Shown: positions 1-12,666 of the stretch, one piece after another
Layout: every line of letters starts with the position of its first letter
Position numbering within the stretch: the first letter of the stretch is position 1
Assembly (NCBI GenBank): GCA_951406725.2
Contig: OX597818.1
Span: 5,704,001-5,768,000, forward strand
Origin: Octopus vulgaris
Lineage: Eukaryota
Length of the DNA stretch: 64,000 nucleotides
Direction: 5' to 3'
The notes under the pieces: model-generated
Seen by the model: the letters and a program-made list of their open reading frames with translations, nothing else
What the model was told of the DNA's origin: nothing
Database searches by the model: none
Translations under genes and position numbers: made by a program

Positions 1-39
1 CATACACATACACATTCTCTCTCACACACACACGCACAC

Positions 40-370
40 ATATGTATATAATGGACCAAAACGCAATAGAGGACAAAAATCATTCGGATAGACGATACAA
101 ATGTGGACAGGAAAACCAAACAATTAGAGAGACGGACAAAAAAGGTCGAATCATTCGTGGCCTTCTTTCTTCAGTCATATTACCAGATTGAGACTTTCTT
201 CCGTCATATTACTTGAGACTGTTCCGCCTGGCTGCTTCCAAAAAGGCCTAAGCTAAGAGCATCAGATATTTTGTAAGAAAGCTTGCGAATGTGTACGGCA
301 ACAAAATAAAACGGAGAAAAAGGTACACAATTACAAATATAAACAAGAACAGGTATCTTTCGATTCATGA
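40..370 (-). repeat. Dispersed repeat, probably a PLE pseudo-LTR remnant; related copies at 6915-7025 and 52230-52570
   Basis: All three places share the blocks GACGATACAAA...GGTCATTCGT/AG...CTTCAGTCA; the copies here and at 52230 also share CTAAGCTAAGAGCAT...GCGAATGTGTACGG. Each abuts a microsatellite or PLE. The minus strand reads CTGA(A/G)GA-n11-GAAT. Confidence 0.45.
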
Positions 371-569
371 TGCGTCAAAATGAGCTGGTGTGCATAAAGT
401 GGAACATAGTAGATGGACATAAGAGGTTTGGGCGATCAGCAGTCAGGCCAAGAAAGAAAAATCATGACTGGCTGGTCACCGATCACGTGGGAAAAGGAGA
501 GAGGGTCAGGGATAGCAGGATTGAAGGATTAGAAATAAATCAAAGAGACAAAGGGAAAGGTACAAGGGA

Positions 570-720
570 GATATATATACTTATGTATGTATGTATGTAT
601 GTATGTATGTATGTATGTATGTATGTATTATGTATGCATGTATGCATGCATGTATGTATGTATGTATGTATGTATGTATGTATATATTTATGTATGTGTA
701 TATGTATGTATGCATATATT
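570..720. repeat. (TATG)n compound microsatellite, one of dozens of (TA)n/(CA)n/(TATG)n tracts in the window
   Basis: Directly visible; it generates the MYVC ORFs. Confidence 0.95.
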
Positions 721-829
721 TTTGTATCTTCCGAACCGATTTCTCAGAAAATTTATGTTTTTTTTATATAAGTGAGTATTAGCTGAAATATCTGGTGGTG
801 AATGGGGAAGAGGAAATTCTTTTGTTATC

Positions 830-864
<35 letters not shown>

Positions 865-899
865 ATGTATGTGTGCATATATGTATGTGTGCATACATA

Positions 900-945
<46 letters not shown>

Positions 946-1499
946 AGTGTGTGTGTGTGTGTCCATGCTTACGTGTGTATGCATGCGGTAAATTTTTGGA
1001 AGCTTGATTAGAGATAGAAAAAAGGAAAGGAAAGACAGAAAGAAAGGAAGACATGAAGAAAGGGAGAAAGAAAGAAAGAAAGTAACAAAGGGATCTTTTA
1101 TCTGGAATGGCTGTATTGTATTCTTATGGGCAGTTGGAATTACTGATATTTCAACATGTCAATTTTGTGTCAGCTATTGTTTTGAAAGCATCGCTCTCTT
1201 TCTCTATGTGCATGCATGAATGTGTAATTATGTGTGTGGAAAATTTTTGAAGGTTTAAGCCTGTTATTACATTCCAACTCGGTTAGTGTTGCAGTAATAA
1301 TACCTATAATTCAACTCAGTGTTAATATGTACATCGCATTGACCATATAACGTGTAATTTAGGGTGATAAATTCAAAGAAAGATATAGAGAGATAAAAGA
1401 AGCATTAATAAGGCTAGATCAATTTTAATGTTGAGCCTATTCAACTTCATGACACGAATTTATAATCTCAATATCATTGGATCCTCTAAAAGTTTTACT

Positions 1500-2590
1500 G
1501 GCTATCACTAAAACAATGTACTTGAAAGAATAGGGCTGTACCTCACCACTTACAATAAACAGCTTAGGCTTCTGTTTTACTAATAATATGTAACTTATCC
1601 ACAATGCGAAGATGTCACTAATAATTTATAATGTTACGCCAAAACCGAACTAAGAACATGCGGTCGAAATCCAGTCGATGTTATATGCCATACAGGAAGC
1701 ACTTGAGGTCATTCCAAAGTGAATTCCTCTAAAGTTGATAGAAAATCACTTAAATTCTAGAATGTTAAACACAATTCACCCTAACGTCTCTCTCAGGAAA
1801 ACAACGAACAGAAACTAAAAGAAATTTACGCCAACAATGAAAGCCATGTAAATCGAATTTGTATCTGAGAGGAGCCAATGTAATCATAATATTCCCTAGA
1901 GACAGGGAATTCCTTAGACGGAAAAGGTTTTCAAACTGATTAAATAAACAAGATAATAGTATTGGAATGTCTTTCAGATATCGAAAATATACTGAGATAG
2001 TGGTATGGAAGAATAAAGGAGATAAGATAAACCAGTATGAATCTTCCATTTGTGGATGCAATATACCTCAAATTTGTCATCATCGATACAAGGAAAGGTG
2101 TAACAATTTTGTTAACCTTATTATATTTGGAAAACTAGACAAGCGGTGTAACTGAATTAGTTTCTAAAAGGTCGGTGTCAGGCAGTTGCAGTCAGCAGTA
2201 TTTTCAGTGAGGAGACATATTTTCGTAGCCAGTCCCTCACAGACAACTCTTCGTTGTATTTACATGCACTCCGCCATACAGTCACTCGCTCTTACTAGCT
2301 ATGCGGACGAAACAAGTGCATCACAGACACTCAAGATCGCTCATGTATACAACTATAGCAAAGCCGGAATGCAACATACCAGAAGGAGACAAACATTCAA
2401 TGTATATAATACTAAATTTGCAGCAATATGCAAGCATTAGTCAGTGTGTTTCTGTGCATGCAGAAATCACGTTGGCCCTATGAAGAACGTTCTGTATCAG
2501 TCACCTAAAATGCCGATTTCACACTGAATTCCCTGCAACATCAAACTAATAAAAATCCTCAAGGCATTCCAGCGCTTTTATAACTAGAAT
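1500..2590 (+). mobile_element. Possible highly decayed Helitron helicase remnant
   Basis: Near 2160-2235 the sequence translates F*KVGVRQLQSAVFSVRRHIFVAS, resembling the PIF1/Helitron motif KVGIYLPxPVFSHGQLYVAxSR. A CTAG preceded by a weak GC hairpin lies at ~2560-2587. Confidence 0.3.
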
Positions 2591-3084
2591 ATTGCTTCAA
2601 TGTAACAAAGAAACTCTTGGGCGATTTTAAAAGAAATATGGCTCGGCTTCCCGTGCTTCCGAAAGAAAGAAGGCGCAAGGTGTATATATATATATAATTG
2701 TTAAACAGAACAGCAAACATTAAGGTAAGGCAAACATATCAAGTCGTATACAATATTATTATAGGATGAAGCACAGAAAATAGAGAATGAGAAATATGGA
2801 AAATGAGAATGGCATATGTTAAGAAGATGACAAGTTACAGGAAGGGAGTAAAAGAGTAAGGAAATGGAAAGAAAGAAAAAGAGGAGCATAAAAGTTCATA
2901 GTTCAACTTTCGTAAGTTATAGAAACCAGAGAATGAGTTCTTACGTGCAATCACGCGTAGATCCATGAGCATAAGTCTTAGGTTAAATCCTGCGTATATC
3001 CGTATGGTTTAAAATTTAGTAGACTGCATTAAAAGAAAAACTAGAAAACACAACTTTGATCTATCTATCTCTTTCGAAAACTCT

Positions 3085-3340
3085 TACAGGTCAGCAAATT
3101 TTCTAGATGTTATTTGAGATTAAACTCTTTACTATACTCTCCATATGATGAACCCAATGAATACCTTAGGTACATCAACACAGAATCTAGCCACACATAA
3201 ATCTACTTTCGAGAGCGTAATCAAAGGCATAATCAGAATGTCCGCTCTATCCGCCAATGAAGAAATCTTCTGTAACTACGCCAACTACTATAACCAAGCT
3301 CTAGTTGCTAGTGGTTTCTCCTATAAGAGTAGATTTATAC
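3085..3340 (+). mobile_element. PLE RT thumb remnant (Hydra-like family)
   Basis: NFLDV...SVIKGIIRMSALSANEEIFCNYANYYNQALVASGF matches PLE thumb motifs and the 60.8-kb copy (ISLRFSRLSANVDIF). Confidence 0.55.
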
Positions 3341-4092
3341 AATTCTTAGATACCATACACCTATGCACCTTACTTTAACCTATTGTTAATACTGAGAATC
3401 CCTCCACCTCACTCTATCAACCGTTCTTTCTATTTATTTTCTTTTGATTTCTTTTACCACTTTTATTTTCTTTTGATTACTTTCACCCAACTCCGTTACA
3501 ATTCAGTTATTTAACTTTGATATGCGTATATCACATGGGTATACGCATATTACCCCATCTCCACTCCTCACCTATATTCTTTTCTTCTAGTCTTAGCTCT
3601 TCCTTTTACCCCGTTCCTATGCCTTTTATCTTGATAGCTCCCGTCACCCATCATTCTCAATATCTTAACCATCATCTAGCACTCCTTTCTTCATTTTTTC
3701 TTCTTTCTTAGTTATTGTATCCTCCTCTTTTCTTTTTGACTAATACCATTCTCCTCCTAACATAAATTCCTCACAGCCTTGGTTTTTTTGTCAAATTTTA
3801 TTTAATATATATATATATATATGCCAATAGAGAATAAGTCAGTTTCTAGGCAAGATCCAAGGCTCCTACATTGGAATTTCAGCAACGCCAACAAGGTATT
3901 ATTACATGTATGAGTGTATATGTGCAATATTTGGAGTCAGAGCAAGTGCGGAATAGTATATTTTCTTTCATGTATTTATTCTCATGCATATATTTGCATG
4001 TCTAGACATTCATATATACACTTAAATGATAAACTTCTGGAAAGTTTTACAAATCATTTACAGTAAAGCAGCATATCTCAGCATATCTCAGC

Positions 4093-4156
<64 letters not shown>

Positions 4157-4680
4157 TATTGTTCAGTCTCTATGCATTGAATAAAATTTATCGTTCTACT
4201 TATTCTAGAGTATTTTTATTTTTGCAGTTTTATTGTTACGTCCTGTTCATGTAAGTACTCATTTTGCCCCGCTGCTTGGAATTTTATTTTAATTCTCTCG
4301 CAGGAAGGCCTATGGGATTAGTGTTCTGTCTCTGCCTTCGAAACATGCTTGACTCCACTAGCGACAGCTGATGACGGGGGTTTTTTCCTTGTGTAGCTCG
4401 TCCTGTAACTTGTATTTTTGGTTTTCTTGTTTTTTGTTTTTCGTTTTCTTGTTTTTTGTTTTTTTTTTGTTTTTCTCGTTTCTACGTCTTATTATGGTGT
4501 CCTGTACTCACGTATAATTATTTATATATGCATGTATATATACATGTATATATACATGTAGATGTAGGTACGTACATATATGTTTGTATGTATGCATATA
4601 TTTTTATTTTATCACCTATATATATATATGTATATATATACACAAACATACATATGTATACGTATTTATACCTATATATG

Positions 4681-5494
4681 TATTAGCTTAGCAACTAAGT
4701 TCCCACTTTTTTTTTAAATTTAAATTTTTTAAAAGGTTTAATAAAAAATAACAACTAATGAATCAATAATGTATACACCCTTGTTGTTTACAACTTCTTC
4801 CCAACGTTTAACAAGATTGTCAATACCTCTTTGGTAGAAATCACCCGATTTCGACTGGAAAAATTGATCCAATCAAGCTCTCAGTTCTGCATCAGTATCG
4901 AACGGAACTCCGCGCATAGCATTTGAAAGAGATCGAAAGAGGTGGAAATCCGTTGGTGCCAAATCAGGAGAATACGGCGTGTGTGGCATCACTTCCTACC
5001 CATGCATTTGAATGGCTTCCTTGGACATATTAGTGATATGAGGTCGGGCGTTGTCGTGGAGCAGAAGAACTCAATGATGCCGATTAGGTCTTTTCTCATG
5101 AATAGCCGTGTTGAGTCGTTCCGTGTTGACCGTTTAGTTCAGTTCAAGCAATTCGTAATGGATAATCCCTTCCCAGTCCCACCATAGGCACAACATCATT
5201 TTACGTGGAGGAAGATCTTGTTTCACGCACGGTACGGTATCGCTTGTTTAGCGTGGCTAAGACATTCCTTACGCTGCTTCATATCGATGTACAGGCACTT
5301 TTCGATAAATAAATCGTAGCTTGTGTCCATGAGTTGAGCATTGAAGAGCAAGCAAGCCAGCGGAGATTGTGGCTCGTTGAGCTTTGATGTTGTCGCTTAA
5401 AGCATGCACAACCTATTCTCCATACTTCTGAACCTTTCCCATAGATTCCAAAATTTAAAAAAAACTACGGGAACTTAGTTGCCAACACCATATA
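4681..5494 (-). mobile_element. Internally deleted mariner transposon
   Basis: TIR core GCAACTAAGTTCCC / GGGAACTTAGTTGC flanked by TA. The minus strand encodes HTPYSPDLAPTDFHLFRSLSN...FYQRGIDNLVKRWEEVVNNKG (mariner YSPDLAP motif). Confidence 0.9.
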
Positions 5495-5514
5495 TATATA
5501 TACATACATACATA

Positions 5515-5548
<34 letters not shown>

Positions 5549-5736
5549 CAGTGTATATTTAAACACATAAGTGATATCTGTCATAGGATTCCTTGCACGC
5601 TTGGAGGAACAGTTAAAATCCAAACCTCTATTAGGGTATTTATATGAATAGTATATAATCTATTGACAATATTGTTTTACACACTTGGCCACTGGTAGTA
5701 AAAATTTCAAAAATTTTTTATTACCCTGATATTATC

Positions 5737-5776
<40 letters not shown>

Positions 5777-5785
5777 GTATGTGTG

Positions 5786-5824
<39 letters not shown>

Positions 5825-5864
5825 GTATGTGTGTATGTATATATATATATATAGAGAGAGAGAG

Positions 5865-6915
5865 AACAAAAAATAGAGTGAAAAAGTACAGAAGATTTGT
5901 GTTATATGGTTAAAGAATATATTTAAATTGTCATGTTAGTAAAATGTTATAAAACTTTAGGATGGATTCAGACGTGCAACACAAGTCGACATAAAAACCT
6001 TAAGAAAAGTTCAACATAGCAACACATCTTCCATGAAAATACTTCCATTCATATCCACATTAAAACCGTAGAAACAAAGAAGCCTTCACCATCATCACCC
6101 AAAATTTACCAATGCTGCATATGGACCCCAAATTAAAGGAAATTTTACACAGAGATAAGATCATTAAAATCCACAAATAACCGAAATCAAAAAAAGATCC
6201 TCACAAAGACTGAATTATTTTCTGAAATAACGGGTGCAAAAGTGAGAAAATGAGATTGACCAAATTGCGCAGCATGCCCAAACATTCTAGAAGGATCAGA
6301 ATTCCTTTTCAAAGAGCGACAAATATTCAAAATCAAATCTGATTTTACTTGTGCTTCAGAAAACCTGATTTATGTTATAAGATGCTTGGGCTGCAACCAA
6401 AACTACATAGGGCCCACGGGATTATCGCTTAGACGCAGATGCACTCTGCACCGACAGCAGATTGCATTCCCAGTATACAGAATGATACCCTTTAGTGAAC
6501 ACATTGAGAGATTGCGAAAGCAACTACTACAATTTGTAAATCTTCCATTTTATCAGTGTACCATTGGGACACCCACACAACTTAGGTTAAATAAGGAAAC
6601 CGACTTCATTGAAAAAATATAAGCCAAAACTTAACCAGTTCTGACATTCTATTCTATCAAAAGCAAATCATGTTAAATTAATAAAACCTAATCATTACCA
6701 ACATTTTTTATTATCTCCCTTATACCTAAAACATCCCTGATTACCTCCACCTGTCTGGAACTACTTTACACCATAGCGAATAGATGACGCAATATCGGTA
6801 AAGAAATTTGAGAAATTTGAAAAGAAAAAATCGAAATCGGATATTTTTCCAAAAACAATGCCCCGACACAAAACATTTTATAACATTTTTCTAATATGAC
6901 TATTTTAAATATATA
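5865..6915 (+). mobile_element. 5'-truncated, decayed Neptune-type PLE with inverted pseudo-LTR
   Basis: FTCASENLIYVIRCLGCNQNYIG GIY-YIG and ETDFIEK C-terminus. 5865-5958 is an inverted copy of pLTR sequence at ~6870-6915. A degenerate TTGAAAA...GAAATCGG hammerhead-like motif lies at 6817-6842. Confidence 0.8.
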
Positions 6916-7025
6916 TAAAAAAATACAAAATGGGACAAGAACGCAAAACATTAAAATAGACGATACAAAAAACACGTACGGGTCATTCGAAGCCTCTAAT
7001 CTTCAGTCAAGAACCGGATCATCCT

Positions 7026-7345
7026 CCTCGGGTCGACCAAAGCCTTGTGAGTGGATTTGGTAGACGGAAACTGAAAGAAGCCCGTCGTATATATGTATAT
7101 ATATATATATATGCGTGTGTGAGTTTGTGTGTCTGTGTTTGTCTCCCTAGTATTGCTTGACAACCGATGCTGGTGTGTTTATGTCCCCGTTACTTAGCGG
7201 TTCGGCAAAAAGAGACCGATAGAATAAGTACTGGGCTTACAAAAAGAATAAGTCCCGGGGTCGAGTTGCTCGATTAAAGGCTGTGCTCCAGCATGGCCGC
7301 AGTCAAATGACTGAAACAAGTAAAAGAGTAAAAGAGTAAAGAGTG
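7026..7345 (+). mobile_element. tRNA-derived SINE family A, 5'-truncated
   Basis: Near-identical to the 3' two-thirds of 20163-20572; (GTAAAAGA)n tail. Confidence 0.9.
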
Positions 7346-7553
7346 TGTTACAGAGCTGACCATGAAATCGTTTCGATATGCAACTAAACCTTATTTTTTT
7401 TCCTTTGGTCATTTCCTCGACTCCCGCACGTGTATATTTGAAGGAGTAGTTTGACTTTAGCGTGCCTTCCCAGCGTGTGGCTTTACTTAGAGTAAAAGCC
7501 CTTAATTTAATAATAATACATACATACATACATACATACACACGCACACACAC

Positions 7554-7610
<57 letters not shown>

Positions 7611-9071
7611 CATACATACAGACATATGTATATGTATATATTGAAACAGATAGAGAAAGAGAATTAGAAGTCATGTATTTCCGCCAGACGCAAGAACAGA
7701 GAAAGATATGTCCAGACATATATCATGTATATATTCTTCATAATACACTAATAAGAAATGGATATTTTCGAAGATAGTGATAACAAATTATCCCTTTTTT
7801 CTTACAGACAAACTACGCACATACATAATGCACTCACACATATATGAATTTCGGTAAGAATATTATTTTCTTGGTGTATGAGTCTATGTAAGTGTGAGCC
7901 TGTCTGTGTGCGTGTGTGTCTGCGTGTGCATTTCTTTGTGCATGTATACAAATAGCTTTGTGTAAATGTGTGCTCCCTTATTAGTATATTTTAATGTGTG
8001 TATGGATGCTAGCTATATCTGTATAAGTGTCCTTCTTTGTCATCTACCTTGTCGGTATATACGTGTTAAGTGCATATTTGTGCGATTAAGTATATTCACA
8101 AATACATATGCATGTTAGGAGGTACACAGTCATTCTGTTATAATGAAGCGACTGCTTCTAGCTATATATTGGGATATAAATGTCTCTGTAAATGCGGTTA
8201 TGTCTGTGCGCGGTTAATTCAGTAAAACTTAGTGAAATTATTTCCGTATAGGAAGGTGAATAAGAAAGAAATAGATGACTTTTCATTGTACGTCGAATGT
8301 CCGCTCAGGCTTTGCGAACACACCATAAATTGAAGCGCCTCTGGGCAAGATGTAGAAATTAAGTATTGCTGTAAAACCGGCCGGAAGCTGGTTACGTGAA
8401 GCCTGACCAATACAGAATCGAATACCGTTGGATACTGACATTATCATTATGAAGATATTCACCTAGAATGAACATTTCTGTTAGGGAAATTCATCGACAA
8501 ACCTATCGTGCGTATTCATCTAACTTCCTATAAACTGACACTGGGAGGTATGTTAATGTATGAGTACATCAGAGTAGGAAATGGAGAAGAATAAATGAAT
8601 AAAAAAAGAAATATGTGAAAGGCCTGTATATTGTGTGTGTAAAAGAATGTACAATGATATAAATTCTGTGCGATGCAGACAATACAGTATAAATATGAAA
8701 GGGAGTATTAGAAACATAACAGTGATGAGAAAAATGTTTTTGAGAGTACACATACATTTATTGATGCTTTTATTTCTTAAAAGTGTAGTATATGAGTTTT
8801 GCTGATAAGGTATGAATGTTGAGAGGAGAAGAATGTTAGGAGAGTGTGATCACACAGTGTCAACGGTGCATGTGTTATCTGCTTGCACATATAACTTCAT
8901 GCCTATGTGTTTGTGTAACTACGGATGTGTAACATAAAACAAGTATTTACTATCCTGAGACTAAAACAATGTCGGTTGCAGGATAAGAATTAGAATCAAA
9001 TAATGTGTATTTGAAATGTGTACACTCACTCATTAAACGCACGCAAACACACGAAAACAAACACACACACG

Positions 9072-9127
<56 letters not shown>

Positions 9128-10899
9128 TTGCAACATTCTGACATATTGCAATTTGAGGAGAATGAAAGCTCAAAATTCAAAGGAAGTAAATTGATTTCTT
9201 TGGTTAAAACAAATGATTTTAATCTTAAGTATGTTTATAGTTTCCTTACTGAGCTGCTCATTTTGCATTGAATAAATTTTTAATTCATAACTGAAACTGG
9301 AATTTGACCATGAGAGTTTTTAACATTCGTATGGATGTTACTCCATCATGTAAACTGATGTTGTATGAGCCATGTGAGTTTGTTGGTATTTTAAAGATGC
9401 CTATATCGATTATGTATGTATATTAACAGTATGAGTAATGTAGTGGCATCTGTGTAGTATTATGTGTATTTGTTTGAGATTATGTAGTATTGGTAAGTTG
9501 TTTTGTTTGTATTGAATAACACTATTATGAACCTCTCGGTGAAGAGATTTGTGCTTGTATTCTATTTGTAAAAAATAATGTCCTAAAATATTCTTTTGTA
9601 TCTATCTGCTTGTTTATTACTATTAACTAATACCTATCGTGAGAATGATTACTTTATTATCTGCCATCTTTCAGAAAGTGCATCTAGTGGAAGTTCCATG
9701 TTACCAATCTATAGGAAAATAGTGGCAGAGAAGAACGGTGAAGTTATCGAGTAACTACGAGGGGTTGCGAGATGTAAACATACTTCTATTTTTGTAGGAT
9801 TCTTATGGAAATCCTAGACCGAGCAGTGCCAAGCTTTAGTAGTTACCAAAGGATAGCACTGCCTGTTCCAGATGAAATCCTGAATGCGCGAAATGCCTTC
9901 AAATAGGTAGTCTAAAATTCACACACACACCTACGGCACAATTATATGTGCAACAGATAATTCAGCGTGTAGAGCGGATCCTAGTAACATGGGGTCTACC
10001 AAGAAAATCGTCAAGCCACCCTCCTTTAATGAAGAAGAAAAGATTCTCTGTTAGCTATGACGAATAGTGATATGTTGTCGAAGACACTTCAGTCAACATT
10101 TCTCGACGATATTTCAAGTTCTAGCTGGAATGGAAAACAGGAGTAGAAGATAAATTACTCTACTGCTGTAAATTGGACACAGCCTAGGATAGAAGCTCAG
10201 CAAATTTCAAGTGTGTCATGGTTTCCTCGCAGGTTATACCAAAAAAGAGGGCAATAACGTGAAGGGAGCAGGTAATTACCCCTCGTAATCAAAATTATAC
10301 TGTATGATAGGGATCATTGGTTGACACCTGCGCCAGGCATTTATTTGTGTACTATGCGTATGTTTTATGCTTAATGCATTTGTGTTGTGGCAGAATCGTT
10401 GCAGTGTCCGACAAAGTGGCGAGCGGTATTTGGCCGAGGTCAACTCTGCATTTTCTTCCTCCGAGGTCAACATAATTAAATAGCAATACTAGGGTTCATA
10501 TAATCGACTGCCAGCACTCTAAATTCGCTGGATTTCCTGGCGCGTTGGCCAAAATGATTTACAGCACTTTCTCCAGCCTCTATGATCTGATTTCAAAATT
10601 ACTTCGAGGTTGACTTTGACTTACATCATTTCGGGTTGGATAAAATCGCTATCTGTTGATCACTGGTTTCGAGGTAATCTAATTAAAGTTTATCTAAATT
10701 TGCTGACATATTGCAAAATTTGAAATATATCACCATCATCATCATCATCATCATTGCCATTTAAGTGACGCTAAGGTACAAATATACGAAACCCATTATA
10801 CCCACCATGAAATATCGTCCGACATGGGCATTACTACTCCAACAACAACAGTTACTACTACTAATACCACCACCACCACTAGAAAAACTGGCACTTCAT

Positions 10900-11190
10900 C
10901 GCTTACGACGATGAGGTTCCAGTTGAACCGATCAACGGAACAGGCTGTTCGTGAGATTAGCGTGCAAGTGGCTGAGCACTCCACATATTTCTCAGGGAGA
11001 TTCAGCGTGACAGAGAATGGGACTAGTTTAGCCCTTTGAAATACAGGTAATATTCAAATTTTCCAGCCAAGTAGACTGGAGCAACTTGAAATAATGTGTC
11101 TTGCTCAAGGACACAACACGGCGCCGGGAATCAAACTTACGACCTTACGATCGTGAGCCAAATACCATAACCACTAAGCCACGCGCCCTC
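10900..11190 (-). mobile_element. tRNA-derived SINE, family C
   Basis: Minus-strand head with A-box TGGCTTAGTGG and B-box-like GTTTGATTCC, followed by TGTGTCCTTGAGCAAGACAC (CORE/V-domain-like). Confidence 0.8.
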
Positions 11191-11212
11191 ACTACTACTT
11201 TGATTATAATGT

Positions 11213-11415
11213 GAACTGGCAGAATCGTTAGCACGCCAGGCAAAATCCTTAGCAGTAGTTCGTCTGTCCTTACATTCTGAGTTCACGTTCTACCGAGGTC
11301 AACTTCGCATTTCATCCTTTCGGGGTCGATAAAAGTGCCAGTGGCGCACTGGGTTCGATGTAATCGACTATTCCCTTCTCCAAATATCAGACCTTGTACC
11401 TGTAGTAGAAAGGAT
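11213..11415 (+). mobile_element. tRNA-derived SINE family B
   Basis: CTGGCAGAATCGTTAGCACGCC...GAGGTCAACTT...TTTCATCCTTTCGGGGTCGATAAAA; same family as 27080 and 28690. Confidence 0.8.
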
Positions 11416-11433
11416 TGTTTTTTTTAATTATCA

Positions 11434-11862
11434 AGTGAGAAAGCAGCGCATGCCATCAACATGACGCTGGTTTATAAATATACGAAGCACAATATAACCA
11501 TCATGAAAACTCGTTTGATAAGAGTCGAGTAGTTCGTCCGGCCTAAAAGGTTCCTCCATAAGGATTGTTTTATAAATGATGAACGAAACATCCATTTTTT
11601 TTCTGGGGTGAATTATTCAAACCCCAGAGAATTCCTATCAACATAAGAATATAAATTCCCCCCCACTACTCCTGCTTGTGGTCATAGATGCACATATCAT
11701 CACCCAGTAACAGGGTCAGGCAACCGGCAAGCAAATATGTGGTACTGAGAAGATTATGTGTTATAGACCATCTTTTACACAAAACAAAACACGTACATGT
11801 TGACACTTCCAATCAGTTAAGATCAGAAGACACGTGGACCACTACCTGTTACTGCATTACGG
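11434..11862 (-). mobile_element. Old, diverged copy of the ~560-bp (TAA)n-targeting element
   Basis: Colinear with 12023-12602 (GTGAGAAAGCAG...ACACTTCCAATCAGTTAAGATCAGAAG) with deletions. Confidence 0.8.
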
Positions 11863-11882
11863 GATTATTATCATTATTGTTA

Positions 11883-11934
<52 letters not shown>

Positions 11935-11951
11935 CATCATTATTATTATTA

Positions 11952-12022
<71 letters not shown>
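11863..12022. repeat. (ATT)n microsatellite
   Basis: Directly visible. Confidence 0.95.
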
Positions 12023-12602
12023 GAGTGAGAGAGCAGGTCATGCCATCAAAGTGACACTGGGGTAAAATATACGAAGCCCAATATACCCATCATGACTACC
12101 CGTCTGATAAGAGTACACCGGGCACATGCATCACAACCATATGTGCACGACATGGTGATCCCATATCAAGATAAACAGCACATGACCTTGCAGGTGGGGC
12201 CCAGTTAGAATTTTCTTCAGGTTGAGTAGCCCATCCCGCTCAAAAGGTCCCTGAATAAGGGTTGTTTAAGGATGTTGAAAGAACTACCCATGTTTCCAGA
12301 GGTGAATTATTCAAACCCTAAAGAATCCCTCTCAACACATGGCTATGATGCTCCCCCACTACTTCTGCTCGTAATCAGAGATGCACATATCGTCAGCCAC
12401 TAAGGGACATGCTCAACTGGTTAAGGTCAAACAACTGACAAGCAAATCTATTGAGCAGAATATTTGCTGTAGCCCATCTTTTATACCAAGACAAAACAAT
12501 GTACACGATAACACTTCCAATCAGTTAAGATCAGAAGCCATGAGAGCCACTGCCTGGTACAGCCTCGGCATTGAGAGCCACTGCCTGGTACTGCATCAGG
12601 GC
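12023..12602 (-). mobile_element. ~560-bp fixed-end non-coding element inserted in (ATT/TAA)n
   Basis: Highly similar copies at 23911-24462 and 54777-55332 (opposite orientation) with the same ends, each flanked on both sides by (TAA)n. Strand is inferred. Confidence 0.9.

Positions 12603-12666
<64 letters not shown>

Noticed and set aside
367-1054. ORFs rich in MYVC/YIYI/HTHT here and throughout, plus poly-I/L/Y/N/K/R ORFs
   Set aside because: These are translations of microsatellites.
4290-4400. GAAGGC..GCCTTC-GAAAC and a nearby CTGATGA as a hammerhead
   Set aside because: The elements do not assemble into a consistent topology; at best a decayed pLTR.
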